The position numbers were made by a program, and so were the translations under genes. Of a stretch of DNA of 61,196 nucleotides, positions 46,707 to 56,676 are shown piece after piece; position 1 is the stretch's first letter, and each line of letters starts with the position of its first letter. The stretch comes from a virus (Duplodnaviria; Caudoviricetes). Below the pieces are notes generated by a model. It was not told the DNA's origin and did no database searches. It worked only from the letters and a program-made list of their open reading frames with translations. The stretch lies in IMG/VR virus record IMGVR_UViG_3300034068_000558, positions 1 through 61,196 of that record. One strand, given 5' to 3'.

Positions 46707-48608
46707 ATGGCAATCTCCCAATTACCTCAAGCACCGTTCCGGCAGGACCGGAAGATCTTTCCGACCCCGCTTATCGCGGATGTTCTGTTCAGTGAAGTTC
46801 GGGACTGCAACCGTAGCGAGTTTCCTGAATACGGAACCCCGCACCCTAATGCTAATAAGTGGCCCCACCACAAGTTAGTTTTCATCAAGCCCGTAGATAT
46901 CGAGCGTAATGAGATTTTTGAGTTCTTCTATGCAGCGGAGCGCGAGAACCAAGACCTCTACAACTTCTCTTCCGGTTATCGTAACGTCGTCGGTAACGTA
47001 GGGGGCCGCGAGTTTCGAGTCGTCCAACGCACATACGTGACGTTGCGCGAGGGTTTCCAACCTTTGGATATTCCGTTTGGGACCGCCATGCCCGACACCC
47101 CAGAGGGTAAGTTTGATGGGGTCGAATACGTATTTTTCGACAGGCAACAGCAACCGATACCTGAGCAGGAATTAAACACGCTTTTTGTCGCAGAGGTCCA
47201 CACCTATATTGAGACGGCTTTTTTGGAATACAAAATATCTTACACGACCACAAAAAGCGATGTCGTGCCGGAGAAATTTCAAATTAATATTCCTCAAATA
47301 ACCACTGAGCAGATTGTTGAGGGCCTTGCTGAACAACCCACCCTAACGGACACACAGCTTTCCGTATCAGAAGAGCAGATTAACCCCGATATCAAGTTTG
47401 TAAAGACCATATCCAGAGCGAAGCCAGAAGGTGATATCTCTTTTACTGGGAGGCGTGCGTATGTAGAAGGGGGCCCGCCAGCAGACGTAGTTGAAACGTA
47501 TTCTGAAAACCAAATGGACGTTGACACTGGAGTCAATGTAGTTCAGTCCACGGTTACTCCTTTAGGCGACGGAAGCTTCACCAAAGAAACAGTCGAGGTC
47601 GAGTCGTGGCCTGTGCTTACGGGCTCTGAATTCGATTTTGTGTTGAACGCACAGGTAGTAAACACGCGGCAAATGGTCCCGCCGCCATCAGACTTCTCTG
47701 AGCCCAACACCTCGTATAAACCAATAAATGAGGATCGATCCTTGAAGATCGTTGAAGAGGCCCCATTAGATGCTCTTGAGGGGTATCATATCTCGGTCCC
47801 AACAAGGATTGATTTAAAACTGCCCGCAGTACTTAAATCTATTAGTGTGTTGTGGGTTGTTGACGAAAGCATAGGCGAGGGGGAGTCGGTTGGTCGCGGG
47901 GACAATCCTGATAATGCTAGCGAGTATAAAATATCTGCTTCATCTGGAATGGATGGTAAAGCGGACAAATCAGCCCAACCTATAGTTAGTATTGAAACTG
48001 AGGTTGTTTTCGGTAACGATATACCAGCCACAGTGCATTTTTTCTATTTAAATTCGGAGGGACAATCCGTAAGTGAAGCTTCCCTAATATCAAGAATACA
48101 AACGCTGACAGGTAGTACTGTTCTTCGTTGGCCTACTTTCAAGCCGAAGTCCCACACTATCGTCGCGAACGGTGCGTCTATATCAGCCGTTTCAAACGCG
48201 AAGGTAGAGGCAGCGATATCAAAAAATAGTAAGGGGAGAGTCATTTCTCAAGGATCATCCGAAGGGGGGTCACATACAGTTAACCGCTCTATTGATGTAA
48301 CCAATTTAGCCCCAACAATCCACGGACCTATTTCTGTTGGTAACGGCAACGAACAAACAACCATAACAGCAACATCGCAGGCTAGAGCACGGCTTGAAGG
48401 GGACGAGTTTGGCGAGGTGGACCCCGTCATCTCGTCCTATGCCGCCTCCGCACCTGTCTATGTGTCGCCACTATCCCTCCCCGCTACGTCCCCCTCAGAC
48501 ATACCCAGAACAGGGAGCTACTTAGTTAGTTCCTCAGCCGAGCCTTTCAAGTGGGGGTGGATAAAATGTTCCGCAACAATTATTGACGCGAGTCAATTTT
48601 CCTCTTAA
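46707..48608 (+). CDS. Putative tail structural protein
   Basis: 633 aa in the structural operon. Confidence 0.55.
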   Translation: MAISQLPQAPFRQDRKIFPTPLIADVLFSEVRDCNRSEFPEYGTPHPNANKWPHHKLVFIKPVDIERNEIFEFFYAAERENQDLYNFSSGYRNVVGNVGGREFRVVQRTYVTLREGFQPLDIPFGTAMPDTPEGKFDGVEYVFFDRQQQPIPEQELNTLFVAEVHTYIETAFLEYKISYTTTKSDVVPEKFQINIPQITTEQIVEGLAEQPTLTDTQLSVSEEQINPDIKFVKTISRAKPEGDISFTGRRAYVEGGPPADVVETYSENQMDVDTGVNVVQSTVTPLGDGSFTKETVEVESWPVLTGSEFDFVLNAQVVNTRQMVPPPSDFSEPNTSYKPINEDRSLKIVEEAPLDALEGYHISVPTRIDLKLPAVLKSISVLWVVDESIGEGESVGRGDNPDNASEYKISASSGMDGKADKSAQPIVSIETEVVFGNDIPATVHFFYLNSEGQSVSEASLISRIQTLTGSTVLRWPTFKPKSHTIVANGASISAVSNAKVEAAISKNSKGRVISQGSSEGGSHTVNRSIDVTNLAPTIHGPISVGNGNEQTTITATSQARARLEGDEFGEVDPVISSYAASAPVYVSPLSLPATSPSDIPRTGSYLVSSSAEPFKWGWIKCSATIIDASQFSS

Positions 48609-48616
48609 TTTTTATT

Positions 48617-49216
48617 ATGTCTGATGATGTAAACATGGATTCCTTTATACAGGACACACTTAGGTCGATGCGTAGGCCTAGAGACTCAGGTTTTTACTCG
48701 GACCAACCGCCCCTAATCTCAACGTCTACAAAGAAGTTTACCACAACTAGCACTCCCGATGCGACTGCTATTGTGTCTACCGACTGTGATCTTCCGGCAG
48801 AAGGGATCGGGATCTATCCCTTTGCCGGTAGCTACAACTCCGACACAGGGGTTCTCACCATTGGCAAAGGCAGCTACGAGTATCCGCTTGGAACCAACGT
48901 AGATGTACAAGCAACATCAGGTACGGGCAATTACGCCTACGCCGTTATAAAGCAAAACGCAGGGGGCGGGTTGGTCGAGTTCAAAACCGAGGCATCAGCC
49001 TCCACAAAAGACCCAACTAATAGGGATGCCGCTGATGAGTACGTTGAGTATTCAAATGTCCTGCTTGGAGAGGTGATGACGGTTCCTGATCCAGAGGGTG
49101 GCCCCGATACTTATACATTCACCCAACGCCGGACGGGCAACCTTTCTTTGATCCGCCGCATCATCAACGGCAGCTTCTGCCTGTGGCCGGAAACAACCGG
49201 AGGCTCGTCACTGTAG
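48617..49216 (+). CDS. Putative tail protein
   Basis: Position; beta-rich. Confidence 0.5.
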   Translation: MSDDVNMDSFIQDTLRSMRRPRDSGFYSDQPPLISTSTKKFTTTSTPDATAIVSTDCDLPAEGIGIYPFAGSYNSDTGVLTIGKGSYEYPLGTNVDVQATSGTGNYAYAVIKQNAGGGLVEFKTEASASTKDPTNRDAADEYVEYSNVLLGEVMTVPDPEGGPDTYTFTQRRTGNLSLIRRIINGSFCLWPETTGGSSL

Positions 49217-50226
49217 TGGCAATTCAGGTCAACACCATTGACAGCCACGTCACCTACCGGAAGGGAGAGCTGACGACTGGAACTCCATCCACGGGCAAGG
49301 TCGCCTGCGGACCCGGCACGGCGTATCCGGTCCCTGCAACCCTCGACCAGATCGCGGAGATTTTCTATCGAGTGAGAAACACGATAATCTCTGGCGGCGG
49401 ATATACTGCGGAATACGAAACTGAGGTATTTAGGACAAAATATACCGGTATGTTCAACGCGAGCTCGCCACCGACCCACAACTTCCGACAAGAGCAGTAT
49501 GGTGGAGACGGCTGGGTGCAAAGGATTCGTCGTGGACATACGTTCTCTTCAACCTCAACAAACGAAGGGTGGCTTAAGCACCATTGTGGTCCTGTTTATA
49601 CAGATGAATATTCTTCGGCTTTTGGTGATTACCATGACGCGGAGGACGAGTTTTGCATGTGGCCGGATACAGGAGTTGTTAATCTCGTAGATATTGATCA
49701 ACCATTTCAGTATTTACAGCCATTAGCATACTCCCCGCCCACTCAAGTAGGAGCTAACCACTACGCCGAATATAGCGGCTCCTCCAATGTGTCTGCCCCG
49801 AGCGCCTATGGACCTTATCGAAAGAGAGAGGAGCGTTCATATTTTGAGGAGGAGGATGGGAGTATATCCTATGATGATGAGACTTCGTATGATGGCGACA
49901 TTTCCGATTTTGTTTTTTCTCCGCAGGTCGCATTTATCGGAGCGGAATCGCCTTTCGATCCGGCAGCTACGCTTTACCCCGGAATCAGCTGGAGGAATCT
50001 CAATACCACGTACGACTTCACCTCCATGTTTGGATCGGAGGCCAGCAACGGGTCGGCGGAAGTCGTCTTGTCCTCCAGCACTTTGCTGATACCCATCAGG
50101 GTGGCCATTCCTGACTACTCCGTGGTATTGACCTCGTCGCCGAGGCTGACCGTCACCAAGTGGTGGCCCTACGCCAAGTCCAACGGATCTCCCGCTTGGA
50201 ATGAGAACACCGGAGCCTCGCTTTAA
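49216..50226 (+). CDS. Putative tail/receptor-binding protein
   Basis: GTG overlaps the upstream TAG; Tyr/Ser/Asp-rich; ends WWPY...WNE.TG. Confidence 0.5.
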   Translation: MAIQVNTIDSHVTYRKGELTTGTPSTGKVACGPGTAYPVPATLDQIAEIFYRVRNTIISGGGYTAEYETEVFRTKYTGMFNASSPPTHNFRQEQYGGDGWVQRIRRGHTFSSTSTNEGWLKHHCGPVYTDEYSSAFGDYHDAEDEFCMWPDTGVVNLVDIDQPFQYLQPLAYSPPTQVGANHYAEYSGSSNVSAPSAYGPYRKREERSYFEEEDGSISYDDETSYDGDISDFVFSPQVAFIGAESPFDPAATLYPGISWRNLNTTYDFTSMFGSEASNGSAEVVLSSSTLLIPIRVAIPDYSVVLTSSPRLTVTKWWPYAKSNGSPAWNENTGASL

Positions 50227-50260
50227 TTTAAACTGCCGCCGCACCCCCAAGCCTTTACCC

Positions 50261-50289
50261 TTGACTCTTTGTTTTCCTCCTTGTACATT
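50261..50289 (+). promoter_or_regulatory. sigma70-type promoter
   Basis: TTGACT-17-TACATT. Confidence 0.6.
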
Positions 50290-50320
50290 CTGACTTGTAA
50301 AAGATTAAAGACATAACTTA

Positions 50321-50962
50321 GTGAATCCTGTTCTCGTAAAGCCCAAAAGAGTCCCCTCTCCAGAAGAACTGCGTGCTGACCAGTTTGGCTTCAAGCCAGA
50401 TGAGGAAGAGCCCGTGCCTGCTTACGAGAATAAGGGCCTTGCAGATAAAGCTTTTGAGGTAATTCGTAGGCACGAAGGCTTTAGATCGAAGCCCTACCGC
50501 GATACCAATAAAAACTGGACGGTTGGGATTGGCACCTTGATTGGTAAGGGAACTGACGCTGACCTCAAAGCCAGCCCCTTTTTTGGGAAAGAAATTAACG
50601 AAGCGACCGCCAAAGACCTTGCCACCAAAGCCATTGCTGAGAAGATTGCGTTGGCGAAGAAGCTCGTTGGGTCCGACGCGTTTAGCGGCTTCTCGCCGGA
50701 GCTTCAGGCACAACTGGTTTCTGGGGCCTATAGGGGAGACATTACTGGTTCGCCCAACGCTTTGGAATTACTCCGCAAGAATGATTTTGCAGGGGCCGCT
50801 CGCGAGTTCTTGGACAACGAAGAGTACCGGAAAGCAAAAGAGGCGAAGTCTGGAGTAGCTAAACGTATGGAGGAGATGGCTTCTGTAGTCAAAAAAGAAA
50901 AGCCCATGAGTTTTCAAAGTGCGGTGGAGAGTCGTTTTAACCAGTTGCCCGTAACCCAGTAA
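50321..50962 (+). CDS. T4-type lysozyme (GH24), probably virion-associated
   Basis: HEGFRSKPYRDTNKNWTVGIG (E-x8-D-x5-T). Confidence 0.88.
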   Translation: MNPVLVKPKRVPSPEELRADQFGFKPDEEEPVPAYENKGLADKAFEVIRRHEGFRSKPYRDTNKNWTVGIGTLIGKGTDADLKASPFFGKEINEATAKDLATKAIAEKIALAKKLVGSDAFSGFSPELQAQLVSGAYRGDITGSPNALELLRKNDFAGAAREFLDNEEYRKAKEAKSGVAKRMEEMASVVKKEKPMSFQSAVESRFNQLPVTQ

Positions 50963-50983
50963 AGACCCTAACAAAAAGAACCA

Positions 50984-51925
50984 ATGCCTGCCTATACCCT
51001 TAGCCAACTTGCGCCGATGCTCAACACATACGTTGAGCCTGACGGTGACTTTAAGTTCAGCCTAAACCAAGTGCTTTCCCGTATTTACAACATGGGGATT
51101 TACCGTGACCTTACTGTTCAGTATAGTCTGCCCGTAGTCGATGGGTGCGTCACACTTCCAGAGGATGCCGATTCCGTATTGCATACAATGGTTGACGGGT
51201 TTCCTGTTCCCGTTCGTTCTTTGTGGCATGACTTTAAATCTGTGGGCATTGGCAACTTGTCCAATAACGCCACTACCCAATGGGGTTTGATTGACGCTGG
51301 CTACACCCCTACCAAACAACTTTTTGCTGCGGCCACAGCGAACTTGTATATCGAATCCGCATCCGGCTCCGGTATCACCCATACTTTCTCACCAAACGAC
51401 GGCAACGCAATCGAGGTTGTTGGCAGTGATGGTGACCAGTTTTATACCGGAGCTTTGCTTACAACCCCTTACCGTATCAATTTTAGTACACCCGTTACAG
51501 GCATTGTGAGCATTAGGTATGACAACCTGACCGGATCTTTTGACCTTCGCACAACAGCCTTAGACGGCGACACTACTATTGCAACAGTCGGGCCGGATAG
51601 CGGCGTAACCCGCTACCGTCGATTCCGAATCAATGGGGCTACCGATGGTCAGACCGTAGTGCATGTACTCTGCAAGCGGGCTTTCCAGCCCCTGTATAAT
51701 GACAATCAAATTGTGCACGTAGGCAATATTGGCGCAATCAAACAAGGGCTTTTAGGTAGGCTCATGGAGGACAACGCTGACATTGAGCGTGCCCAATACC
51801 ACTGGAGTCAGTGTATGCTTTTGATGGAAGAGGAAGCCAATTCCAGTAGGGGAGCGGCTATCCCGCGACTTAACATTGATCCGTATGGGACCGGATCACA
51901 AAGTCGCCTGTACCAGCTTTACTAA
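50984..51925 (+). CDS. Putative head-tail adaptor/tail tubular protein
   Basis: VTLPED...; C-terminal helices with RAQYHW; position. Confidence 0.55.
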   Translation: MPAYTLSQLAPMLNTYVEPDGDFKFSLNQVLSRIYNMGIYRDLTVQYSLPVVDGCVTLPEDADSVLHTMVDGFPVPVRSLWHDFKSVGIGNLSNNATTQWGLIDAGYTPTKQLFAAATANLYIESASGSGITHTFSPNDGNAIEVVGSDGDQFYTGALLTTPYRINFSTPVTGIVSIRYDNLTGSFDLRTTALDGDTTIATVGPDSGVTRYRRFRINGATDGQTVVHVLCKRAFQPLYNDNQIVHVGNIGAIKQGLLGRLMEDNADIERAQYHWSQCMLLMEEEANSSRGAAIPRLNIDPYGTGSQSRLYQLY

Positions 51926-52452
51926 TGAAAGTCATCACACCCTCGGACGCGAACCGTAAACAGGCGCGTCTTGAGGCTAAACAAATGGGGGTCTTGTATA
52001 AGTCAATTACAAGAGGAGCAGGCAATGAGATTGGCATGATGGGTGAAATCCTTGTGCAAGAGATCATTGGCGGGGAGCGTGTCGGTGCTGTTAATCCGGC
52101 CTATGATATTGTGCTGCCCAACAAAATAACTATTGATGTCAAGACCACAAAGGCCGCAGCCGTTCCTGAACCCCATTATGTTGCCCGTGTATACGGTAGC
52201 GAGGCCAATAAGGAAAAGCTGTGTAGCAAATGTAATGTTTACTATTTCGTTAGGTGTAACCAACAAATGACTTTGGCTACTATTATCGGCTGGATGCCCG
52301 CCCGTGAGTTTATTGAGCGTGCAGTATTCCTGCCAAAAGGCAACGTGGACCCCAGCGATGGAAAACTTTCCTTTGCTGATGAGTTCACGTTGCCGATCTC
52401 GGAGCTATATCCGCCAACCCTTAAGTTGACGAAGAAGCGTATTGCGATTTAG
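51925..52452 (+). CDS. PD-(D/E)xK nuclease-family protein
   Basis: GE...YDI...IDVKT. Confidence 0.7.
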   Translation: MKVITPSDANRKQARLEAKQMGVLYKSITRGAGNEIGMMGEILVQEIIGGERVGAVNPAYDIVLPNKITIDVKTTKAAAVPEPHYVARVYGSEANKEKLCSKCNVYYFVRCNQQMTLATIIGWMPAREFIERAVFLPKGNVDPSDGKLSFADEFTLPISELYPPTLKLTKKRIAI

Positions 52453-54608
52453 AAGTCGTCGCCCTTGTCGATATCGAAGTCCTTAGACAGATCGATCTCC
52501 CATACTTTACCGCCACCGTCACCCCTGCTTCGGACGGGTCGAATACCTTTGTTGTGCTTGCTGACCTCCTCAAGGACCGTCATGCCCCTACGTACAAACT
52601 CAAGGTTGTTGCTGTTGCCAACGCTACGGCCACCATTTGATTCGTGCAGGACGACGGTAAACTCAGTAAGAGTGCCACGCCATTTTGGTCGGTCGGTATA
52701 CTCGCGGACCTTCTTAGCGAAGAACTCCACCATTTCAGCAATAGCTGAACGTGAGCTATTGTCATAGGCTGCTGCTTCGATAAACGAGTCGATATATGTT
52801 TTGACCCCGAAGCGACTTGAATCCTTAACTTCAAGCGGAGCTTTCCAATCAATAAGCCACTTAAGGAAGTAGGGGAGTTCTGTCGTGATTGTGTTTTCGA
52901 CAAAGTCGTTTGACCCAAACTTAACCTTATGCCCGCCACTAATACGCAACGCAATGATCTTATCGCGGTTGCTGCTATCCAATGATGGCAGCGCGGCGAG
53001 GGAGTTCGCGTCGAGGTTAAGAGACATCATAACCCTACCGGACCACGGCAGCGGGATGGCATCAGCATACTTAGCGTGATACTCAAGCCTAGGATTGGCT
53101 ACGCAACGCTTCGTAAGTTCCACGAATTTACGCTGGTCTGCATAGGTTGCCGCCGCAGTTTGGTCGTCGATAACCCAAGCAGCAGAGCCGCAGAGATCGC
53201 GGTTGAAGTTTGTTTTGCCCGACAAGTAATCCGAAGCATCGCTAAACCCGCCGACTGATGCACCAATAATCTTGTTGGTCAGTAGCGTCTTGCCGTGCCC
53301 CGTTGGGCCCAATAAAATAAACAGCTGCCCTTGATCGAGCCGATGGTTAAGGATAGCTAGATAGAGCCGCTGATACCATGCAAGGAAGTAAGGTAGCGTC
53401 GAGTTTCCGTTGTCATCATCCGCGAAGAACGGGATCACGAACTGGTGAATCCATGGCCAGTTGGCTGGGTCTCCATTGTCCGCAGGTTGAACGGGAACAG
53501 CCCTACAGTTATTCAGGATCTTGCGGCCATTGAAGCAGACCACACGGTCCTTTGAGAACACAACGGGTGCTACCTCCTCAACACGACAATCATTTGAGAT
53601 AGAGAGGATAGCCTGCTCAATCTCGGTGATCGTCTGGTTCTTCTTCATCTTAGGGCAAAAACCAGCCTTTCGTAGTTCCAGAATAAGCTGGTCTTTTGGA
53701 ATGGCTACCGGACTACCGTCAAGGAGTTTGTAATAGTTCTTACCATTAAACCAGTATTGGTTAATAAGGTGGGAGAGCTTCTTCTCCTCAAACTGGTCTA
53801 GGAACTTCTTGCCTAGGATTTCACGCCACGATGCAAAGCCCTTTCCTGCACGATCAGAATAGCAGATCATGCCATCTTCCCTAACCTGACAGCCGTCACG
53901 GTCAATGCCGTCGTCAATCCAGAACAGCGGACCCCTTGCCCCAACTACAAAGTCACCCTTCCATCTGTTCGGAAATTTACGTAAGACTTCAGCAGCGATC
54001 TCATCAAGCGGAACATTCGTATCCGATGTCCTGATCGGCGTATCGTTTGCGGCTTTAAGTAGAATTGTTCGGGCAAAGTTAATAGGGATTTGATCCCCGA
54101 TTTTAGTCCAATTAGTCCCAATCTCAAAGTACTGAGACGGCTTGAGGCTTGTCTTATCAAAGCCACCTAAAAGCATCGAAGCTTTCAAGGCATCACACAA
54201 TCGCTTCAGGAAAGCGGGCGCGATGTCTGGCGCGATAGGAAGCGGCGAGTCGAACTCCCACACAAGGCGCACGAAACCGGAATAGGTTTTGGACCTCCAT
54301 GTTGGCATGGGTGATCCATCACATCGGGTCTTAAGCACTTGATCGATGGTATCCCAATCCACAGGAACGTCATCAAAGTCCGCGACAAAGCCGTGGATCT
54401 TGTTGACGGGATTCTCTGTGCTAATCCTAGCGTTTGGGGAGTCCCCTTCAGCCATTGAATAGAAGCAATGGTCTGTTGAATCCTTAGCGCACCACTCTCG
54501 GTATTCCGCTTTATTCGCGAATGTCGGGCATGTATGCGTAAGGGTTGATAAGTCATCAGTTGCCGCCGTAACGACGGCGCGGTTGTTTTTAAGGTATCGG
54601 TATTTCAT
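52449..54608 (-). CDS. Primase-helicase (AEP-like N-terminus + SF3/DUF5906 NTPase)
   Basis: ADFDD, SKTYSG.RLVW; GPTGHGKT, VIDD, MSLN. Confidence 0.85.
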   Translation of the reverse strand: MKYRYLKNNRAVVTAATDDLSTLTHTCPTFANKAEYREWCAKDSTDHCFYSMAEGDSPNARISTENPVNKIHGFVADFDDVPVDWDTIDQVLKTRCDGSPMPTWRSKTYSGFVRLVWEFDSPLPIAPDIAPAFLKRLCDALKASMLLGGFDKTSLKPSQYFEIGTNWTKIGDQIPINFARTILLKAANDTPIRTSDTNVPLDEIAAEVLRKFPNRWKGDFVVGARGPLFWIDDGIDRDGCQVREDGMICYSDRAGKGFASWREILGKKFLDQFEEKKLSHLINQYWFNGKNYYKLLDGSPVAIPKDQLILELRKAGFCPKMKKNQTITEIEQAILSISNDCRVEEVAPVVFSKDRVVCFNGRKILNNCRAVPVQPADNGDPANWPWIHQFVIPFFADDDNGNSTLPYFLAWYQRLYLAILNHRLDQGQLFILLGPTGHGKTLLTNKIIGASVGGFSDASDYLSGKTNFNRDLCGSAAWVIDDQTAAATYADQRKFVELTKRCVANPRLEYHAKYADAIPLPWSGRVMMSLNLDANSLAALPSLDSSNRDKIIALRISGGHKVKFGSNDFVENTITTELPYFLKWLIDWKAPLEVKDSSRFGVKTYIDSFIEAAAYDNSSRSAIAEMVEFFAKKVREYTDRPKWRGTLTEFTVVLHESNGGRSVGNSNNLEFVRRGMTVLEEVSKHNKGIRPVRSRGDGGGKVWEIDLSKDFDIDKGDDF

Positions 54609-56374
54609 TTGGAGTAGAGATCAAGAATGTGTCCTTCGGCAGCAACTGGGATGTCTGGAATCCATGACGGTGCTGTGTGCATAATACTTAGGATATCGGA
54701 GAGGGCTTGTTCTGCCTGCTCTTCCGGCACTTCGCAAACCATTTCGTCATGAACGTGCAGAATTACAGGATAGCCAGCAGCGTCAACACGAATCATCATG
54801 TCTGAGAAAATATCTCTGGCTAATCCTTGGGACATGTTTTCCGTTAAGATGCCGCCCCACAAGGCAAAGTCCCGCATCTGGCCGTTGCGAACTAGTTTGC
54901 CGATGTATCGGAAGCGATTCATTCCGCCCGTCTCCTTCATCCGCTTAAGCTTGCCGTATTGCATGGAGCGGCCAGACGGAAGACCCAAACCAAAAGGCTC
55001 TTCAAGATTATAGGCCATAACCATATCCTGATCCAGACTGCGCCAGTATTTGACAACGGTGGACATCTTATCGCGGTACGTCTTAACGGCAACCTCTGCT
55101 TCGGCCATTGGCATATTGCTGAATGCGGAGAACTTATTAGGCCCCATCCCGTATCCGCAGCCTAAGACGATTGATTTCACCTTGTGCCGTAGTGCCTTAT
55201 CGTAGTCCTTAAGTTGGCCGTTGGCTGGATCATGCAGACCCAACAACACACCGAATGCATGGTAGATGTCATCGGACTCCCGAATAAGGTTTAGGGCTTT
55301 CGTGTCCTTTGAAAGCCAGCAAAGGGTGCGGACTTCGATCTGTGACAAGTCAACCACGATAAGCTTATATCCGTCCTTTGGTTTAATCATGTGTCGGAAG
55401 TTGACCCCGAACATAGCGTCTCTCGGTAGGTTTTGCAGGTTCAGGTTACCGCCACTACCGCTGAAGCGAGCCGTGGGGTTCGCCCCGCAATACATAAGCC
55501 CACCGTAATAGCGACCGTCGGGCATAGTTCCGGCATCAAAAGCTTCAAGCTTGCGAAGGAAGGCGTTGATCCGGCGATAGCTTTGAACAGCACGCGCCCA
55601 AGGACACGCCTGTTGGTGTGCAGCAAACCACGCATCCGCCTCTTCGCTATCTTGAGCGAGCGAGGATGGTGGCGTGATTCCTTGCTTGCGGCATTGCTCA
55701 TTAAACGCTTTGCGGGACAAGGGGGTGTAGTCACCAATCCACGGGATGCTTTGCTCTGCTTCAAATAGTTCTGTTTTGATTTGACTCAGGTTCTTCTGCA
55801 AGAGCTCGGTGTCAATAGGGAGTCCACGCTGACCCACTTTACGGTTCACATGACTGATATTACGTTCGGTCTCCGGCCACCGATGCGACAGTTCCTGCCA
55901 CAGTTTAAGGCAAAGCTCAGCATCCTTGATGGCATACTCGGTGACCTCTTTCTTGAAGTCCTCAGTCATGCTGCCCCACTGCTTGCCCTTCATGTTATCC
56001 CGAGTCGTCTTCGTAATCTCAGTGCCGAAGACTGCTGCTGTGGCGTTCTTGAGTGAGCGTGGCAGGCCGAGGAATGCTACCATATCGGCAGTGCAGTGGC
56101 AGTTGAAGTTGACTTTCAGATACCATCCTTTCTCCACACCGTAGAGGTAGAGGGATTCATCGAAGGAGGCGTTGTGCATCACGACGGTCTTGCCCTCAAG
56201 TAAAGACCAGTTGAACTCTTTAGGGTGTCCTGCGAAGCGGTATCCATCATCCCCCACAACAGTAACCATATAGGCATCGAATGCCGGATGGGAGAAATAA
56301 CCTCTCGGGCCGAGGGTTGTAATAGAACAGTCGTTATCATAAAACGACTCAAAGTCTAGAGCGTATGTTATCAT
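54605..56374 (-). CDS. polA: Family A DNA polymerase with 3'-5' exonuclease
   Basis: DFES, HNASFD, YAIKD; NLQNLP, DLSQIEVR, RxxxKxxxLGxxYG, HVHDE. Confidence 0.95.
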   Translation of the reverse strand: MITYALDFESFYDNDCSITTLGPRGYFSHPAFDAYMVTVVGDDGYRFAGHPKEFNWSLLEGKTVVMHNASFDESLYLYGVEKGWYLKVNFNCHCTADMVAFLGLPRSLKNATAAVFGTEITKTTRDNMKGKQWGSMTEDFKKEVTEYAIKDAELCLKLWQELSHRWPETERNISHVNRKVGQRGLPIDTELLQKNLSQIKTELFEAEQSIPWIGDYTPLSRKAFNEQCRKQGITPPSSLAQDSEEADAWFAAHQQACPWARAVQSYRRINAFLRKLEAFDAGTMPDGRYYGGLMYCGANPTARFSGSGGNLNLQNLPRDAMFGVNFRHMIKPKDGYKLIVVDLSQIEVRTLCWLSKDTKALNLIRESDDIYHAFGVLLGLHDPANGQLKDYDKALRHKVKSIVLGCGYGMGPNKFSAFSNMPMAEAEVAVKTYRDKMSTVVKYWRSLDQDMVMAYNLEEPFGLGLPSGRSMQYGKLKRMKETGGMNRFRYIGKLVRNGQMRDFALWGGILTENMSQGLARDIFSDMMIRVDAAGYPVILHVHDEMVCEVPEEQAEQALSDILSIMHTAPSWIPDIPVAAEGHILDLYSK

Positions 56375-56396
56375 TTTGGTATTTGGGCATAAAGAG

Positions 56397-56435
56397 ACCC
56401 TGCACGATAAACTTAAGTGGTTTATCGTGCAGGGT
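56397..56435. terminator. 16-bp perfect hairpin upstream of polA (terminator or processing site)
   Basis: ACCCTGCACGATAAAC-7 nt-GTTTATCGTGCAGGGT. Confidence 0.6.
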
Positions 56436-56442
56436 TGGTTTA

Positions 56443-56676
56443 TTATTCAGGGTCTAGTTCAAACTCCAGCTGCTCAACAATTGGGTTTGAGACTCGGATA
56501 CGATCCATCTCATTATTGATTGCTTGTGCAACAAGAACAAGCGATGCTTTTTGGACTGTGACCTCCGTGATCTGGTTTTGCAACTCAACGATGTTGCCAT
56601 CAATAGTCTTGATGACAGCACGGATTGAATCGGCTTCACGTTTCAGGATAGCCAGTGGGTTCTGTAGTGCTTCCAT
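56443..56676 (-). CDS. Coiled-coil hypothetical protein
   Basis: TAATG-coupled to the upstream gene. Confidence 0.7.
   Translation of the reverse strand: MEALQNPLAILKREADSIRAVIKTIDGNIVELQNQITEVTVQKASLVLVAQAINNEMDRIRVSNPIVEQLEFELDPE

Noticed and set aside
44828-50226. Diversity-generating retroelement acting on tail genes
   Set aside because: No reverse transcriptase and no adenine-specific template/variable repeat pair were seen.
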